A stretch of 64,000 nucleotides of DNA from an uncultured Solirubrobacterales bacterium (lineage in GTDB: Bacteria > Actinomycetota > Thermoleophilia > Solirubrobacterales > 70-9), in the NCBI GenBank assembly GCA_963831605.1, contig CAWHQR010000010.1, forward strand, positions 1,073-65,072, given 5' to 3'. The first letter of the stretch is position 1; every line of letters begins with the position of its first letter. Of the stretch, positions 61,203-64,000 are shown one piece after another. The translations under genes and the position numbers were made by a program. Under the pieces are notes generated by a model. It did no database searches and was not told the origin of the DNA. It saw nothing but the letters and a program-made list of their open reading frames with translations.

Positions 61203-62195
61203 CTACTTGGAGGCAGGTTTGCAGCCGCGCTTCTTGAGGCGCTGGTTCGTGTCCTTGATGTTGGCCTGGATCATCGCCCGCTTCGCCTCGCTTCCCGCCT
61301 CGGCGAGCCCGTCGTGCTGGCGCATCAGCTTCTTGCGAAGCTTCTTGCAATTCGGGTGCTGGCTCTTGCAGCCGCGCTTCTTGAGGCGCTTCTTCGTGTC
61401 CTTGATGTTGGCCTGGATCATCGCCCGCTTCGCCTCGGTTCCCGCGTTGGCGAGCCCCTTCTGCTGGCGCTTCAGCTTCTTGCGGAGCTTCTTGCAATTC
61501 GGGTGCTCGCCCGCGGTCGGTGTGGGGTTGGCGGGCGTGGGATTCGCCGTGTAGGTGATCGTCACCTGGCCGTCGCCCGAGTGCACCCCAGTCTCGAAGT
61601 TGGTCCCGGCCGGTCCAGTGCCAGAACCGCCGCCCCCAGCACCGGCGTTGAACCCTCCCCCGCCCCCATACCAGCCGCCACCGCCTCCTCCAGCGGAAAA
61701 AATGCCCGCGGCATTTCCGCCTGAGCCGAAGGTGCCCATGGTCGCGGGTGAAGTCGCGCTTCCTCCGGCACCCGGCGTCCCGCCTCCGCCAGCGGCGCCA
61801 AAGCTGCAGAGGGCGGGGGAGAACCCGTCTGCCCCCATGAGGCCGCCGCCACCACCTCCGTCAGACGACTGGCCGCCAGGCGAACAGCCCCCTCCTCCGC
61901 CACCGCCTCCGGCAACCAGGACCCGCTGGTTGAGGGTCGTCCCCCCGATCCGGATATCCGAGGCACCGCCGCCCCCCTTATCAGTGCCATTACCGCCGCC
62001 GTTGAAGCCACCCGTGCCGGTGGAAGGGGAGTTCGCCCCCCGTCCGCCAACGTTGACCCGAATCGAGTCCCCCGCCGTGAGGGGAATTGTCGCCGTGGTG
62101 TGGCCGCCGAGGCCGGGGCTGCCGAATCCGGGGTTCGCCGCCCCGCCCTGTGCCCCGAAGAGGTCGAAGCTCGCGCTGGTCACCCCGGCGGGCAC
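61203..62195 (-). CDS. Secreted glycine-rich-domain protein with duplicated Lys/Cys-rich C-terminal unit; true 5' end unresolved (extends to ~62320)
   Basis: GGxGG-rich core (ALK/LTK-like Gly-rich pattern). The in-frame upstream extension encodes a signal peptide (RLHLVGLAAAFACAGTALLASPALA) with no ATG/GTG/TTG. The nearby ATG 62323 is out of frame. Confidence 0.7.
   Translation of the reverse strand: MPAGVTSASFDLFGAQGGAANPGFGSPGLGGHTTATIPLTAGDSIRVNVGGRGANSPSTGTGGFNGGGNGTDKGGGGASDIRIGGTTLNQRVLVAGGGGGGGGCSPGGQSSDGGGGGGLMGADGFSPALCSFGAAGGGGTPGAGGSATSPATMGTFGSGGNAAGIFSAGGGGGGWYGGGGGFNAGAGGGGSGTGPAGTNFETGVHSGDGQVTITYTANPTPANPTPTAGEHPNCKKLRKKLKRQQKGLANAGTEAKRAMIQANIKDTKKRLKKRGCKSQHPNCKKLRKKLMRQHDGLAEAGSEAKRAMIQANIKDTNQRLKKRGCKPASK
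61221..61514 (-). repeat. Tandem duplication, 2 x 147 bp (49 aa: HPNCKKLRKKL.RQ..GLA.AG.EAKRAMIQANIKDT..RLKKRGCK)
   Basis: Copies begin at 61221 and 61368. Only a handful of substitutions between them. Confidence 0.85.
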
Positions 62196-62340
62196 GGTCC
62201 AGGTCTGCGCCGCGCCGGTGTAGTTGAAGGTCTCGGTGGTCGCGAGGGCGGGCGAGGCGAGCAGTGCCGTCCCAGCGCAGGCGAACGCGGCTGCCAGACC
62301 GACGAGGTGGAGGCGCTGCCCATGCCCGAGGATTTTTCGA

Positions 62341-62709
62341 CTAGACGCCGTGGGGGGACCCTAATGCTGGCTCCGCTCGTCTACAAGGGCGATGTCTCGG
62401 ATCGAATCCGGATAGCTGCTTTCCATGCAGCTTTCCATGCAAAGCAGCGGTCTCGGTGACGTCCGTGTCAGCCCTGCCCCGCCCGCTTGACCGCCTCCCC
62501 GAAGCTCGGGGCGCCCTTAGGTTCTGACGGCCGGGCGCCCCGTCGAAGTCCGGCGTTGGCTCGCGCCAGTGCGGATGCTCTTTCAGAACCCGGTCGCGGG
62601 CAGCCTTGATCTTGGCCGGGTCCAGTGCGCCGTCATCGTCGCGGAGTTCGTCTAGCTGGACAGCGAGCCAGAAGTCGGCGGCATTTTGCAGGCCACCGTC
62701 ACCGACCAC
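62341..62709 (-). CDS. Hypothetical ORF, probably decayed in its 3' half
   Basis: N-terminal 60 aa look protein-like (LQNAADFWLAVQLDELRDDDGALDPAKIKAARDRVLKEHPHW). The rest is Arg/Gly-rich and reads through a type B hairpin. Confidence 0.25.
   Translation of the reverse strand: MVGDGGLQNAADFWLAVQLDELRDDDGALDPAKIKAARDRVLKEHPHWREPTPDFDGAPGRQNLRAPRASGRRSSGRGRADTDVTETAALHGKLHGKQLSGFDPRHRPCRRAEPALGSPHGV
62414..62450 (-). repeat. Type B hairpin with internal duplication (only copy outside the first 14 kb)
   Basis: agctgctttccatgcagctttccatgcaaagcagcgg. Confidence 0.8.
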
Positions 62710-62771
62710 CTGGCGCTCTACCTCGGCCCGGTCGTAGTCCGCCAGCCGGGAGTCCCGGAGGGTCTCGCGGT

Positions 62772-63026
62772 TCAGCGGGACAAGGTATCGAGCCGCGCCC
62801 GCACGCCGTCGGCGTCGAGGAACAGCTCCGACACGATCTCCCCGCCGACCTCGATCACGGGGATGCGCTCGAGGTAGCGGCGCAGCAGTCCCTCTTCCGA
62901 TTCGATGTCCACCTCCACCAGCTCGAACGAGAGCTCCGCGCGGAGCTCCTCGAGCCCCTCGCGCGCCTCATCGCAGAGGTGACAGTCAGGCCGCCCGTAC
63001 AGAACTACGGTCGGTCGCGAAGGCAT
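62772..63026 (-). CDS. Glutaredoxin-like (DUF836/thioredoxin-fold) protein
   Basis: VVLYGRPDCHLCDEA...IPVIEVGGE. Confidence 0.75.
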   Translation of the reverse strand: MPSRPTVVLYGRPDCHLCDEAREGLEELRAELSFELVEVDIESEEGLLRRYLERIPVIEVGGEIVSELFLDADGVRARLDTLSR

Positions 63027-63999
63027 CGAAGCCCAGGTAGTCGGGGTAGGGGATCGGATCCGTGAAGCGGGCGGCGGAGCCGATCATCGCCGCATTGTCG
63101 GTGCAGAGGGAGATCGGAACCAGCTTGAGGCGAAGGCCGAGCTCGTCGCAGAGCGCCCGCGTGCGGTCGCGGAGCTCGGCGTTTGCGGCGACGCCACCCC
63201 CCAGCGCGATCGCGGGCCAATCGCCCGAGCGGACGGCCCGCCGGAGCTTCGTCTCCAGCTGGTGGGTGATCGCCCGCTGGAAGGAGGCGGCCAGATCGGC
63301 GCGGCAGCGCTCGGTCTCCTCCGGCCCCAGGTCGCGCACCCGGTAGACCAGCGAGGTCTTCAGGCCACTGAAGCTGAAGTCGAGACCGCGCTCGCTCATC
63401 GCCACCGGGAAATCGAAGGCCTCCGGATCGCCGTCCTCCGCGACCCGCTGGATCGCCGGGCCGCCCGGATAGCCGAGGCCGAGGAGCCGAGCGCCCTTGT
63501 CGAAGGCCTCACCGGCGGCGTCGTCGACGGTTGAGCCGAGGATCTCGAAGGAGCGGTGCTCGCGCACACCGGCCAGCAGCGTGTGGCCCCCGCTCGCAAT
63601 CAGGCAGAGGAACGGCGGCTCGAGCGGATCCGGCTCCAGGAAGTTGGCCGCGACGTGACCATGGAGATGGTCGACCGGGATCAGCGGCTTCCGGTGCGCC
63701 GCCGCCAGTGCCTTCGCGGAGCTCAGCCCGACCAGCAGCGCTCCGATCAGTCCCGGCCCCTGGGTGACCGCGATTGCGTCGGCTTCCGCCAACGTCGTGC
63801 CGGCCTCGTCCAGCGCCGCGGCGACCACGGCGTTGACGAGCTCGAGGTGGTGCCGCGAGGCGACCTCCGGCACCACGCCTCCGTAGCGCTCGTGGAACTC
63901 GGCCTGGGAGGAGACGACGTTGGAGAGGATCCGCGGGCCGTCGACGACGGCGGCACAGGTGTCGTCGCAGGACGTCTCCAGGGCGAGGAGCGGGCTCAA
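62986..63999 (-). CDS. tsaD: tRNA N6-adenosine threonylcarbamoyltransferase TsaD
   Basis: LALETSCDDTCAAVV, RHHLE, GPGLIGALLVG, VDHLHGH, GGVAAN. Confidence 0.95.
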   Translation of the reverse strand: MSPLLALETSCDDTCAAVVDGPRILSNVVSSQAEFHERYGGVVPEVASRHHLELVNAVVAAALDEAGTTLAEADAIAVTQGPGLIGALLVGLSSAKALAAAHRKPLIPVDHLHGHVAANFLEPDPLEPPFLCLIASGGHTLLAGVREHRSFEILGSTVDDAAGEAFDKGARLLGLGYPGGPAIQRVAEDGDPEAFDFPVAMSERGLDFSFSGLKTSLVYRVRDLGPEETERCRADLAASFQRAITHQLETKLRRAVRSGDWPAIALGGGVAANAELRDRTRALCDELGLRLKLVPISLCTDNAAMIGSAARFTDPIPYPDYLGFDAFATDRSSVRAA

Positions 64000-64000
64000 G

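Overview
High-GC (roughly two-thirds G+C by eye) actinobacterium-like chromosomal segment, densely coding on both strands. F420-type enzyme families and many leaderless or GTG/TTG starts fit that lineage. I had no database or tools: all calls come from reading the ORF track and the nucleotides, and repeat and motif coordinates are good to about +/-2 nt.

Layout:
(1) 1-14 kb is an accessory-looking patch. It holds six intact and three truncated paralogous SnoaL/NTF2-like genes, each ending in ...EAAGLSE. They are interleaved with small secreted or anchored proteins and saturated with two related 22-nt hairpin repeats.
(2) 14.6-24.1 kb holds a secreted-protein regulon candidate. Two tandem LAL-type (ATPase + TPR + LuxR HTH) regulators sit next to three transcription units that each carry the same ~36-nt operator-like motif. 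The units encode a YWTD-like beta-propeller, a lipoprotein, a His-rich secreted peptide and an anchored repeat protein.
(3) 24-33 kb is redox and cofactor metabolism, including a QueD - methyltransferase - GT4 glycosyltransferase - SDR operon.
(4) 33-64 kb is mostly housekeeping: lon, nhaA-dsbA fusion, WS/DGAT, a SigG-like ECF sigma factor, an MFS transporter, a Ser/Thr kinase, a heterodimeric ABC exporter, trkA pair, an EAL protein, APC-Usp permease, hppA, GCS2 ligase, rex and tsaD. Small insertions interrupt it: a low-GC HNH endonuclease gene and a glycine-rich secreted protein.

Three genes show single-nucleotide frame breaks, which could be pseudogenes or assembly errors.

The most unusual signals are the hairpin/cassette architecture of the SnoaL array and the LAL-operator regulon. 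Many long ORFs in the track are antisense artefacts of high GC and were not called.
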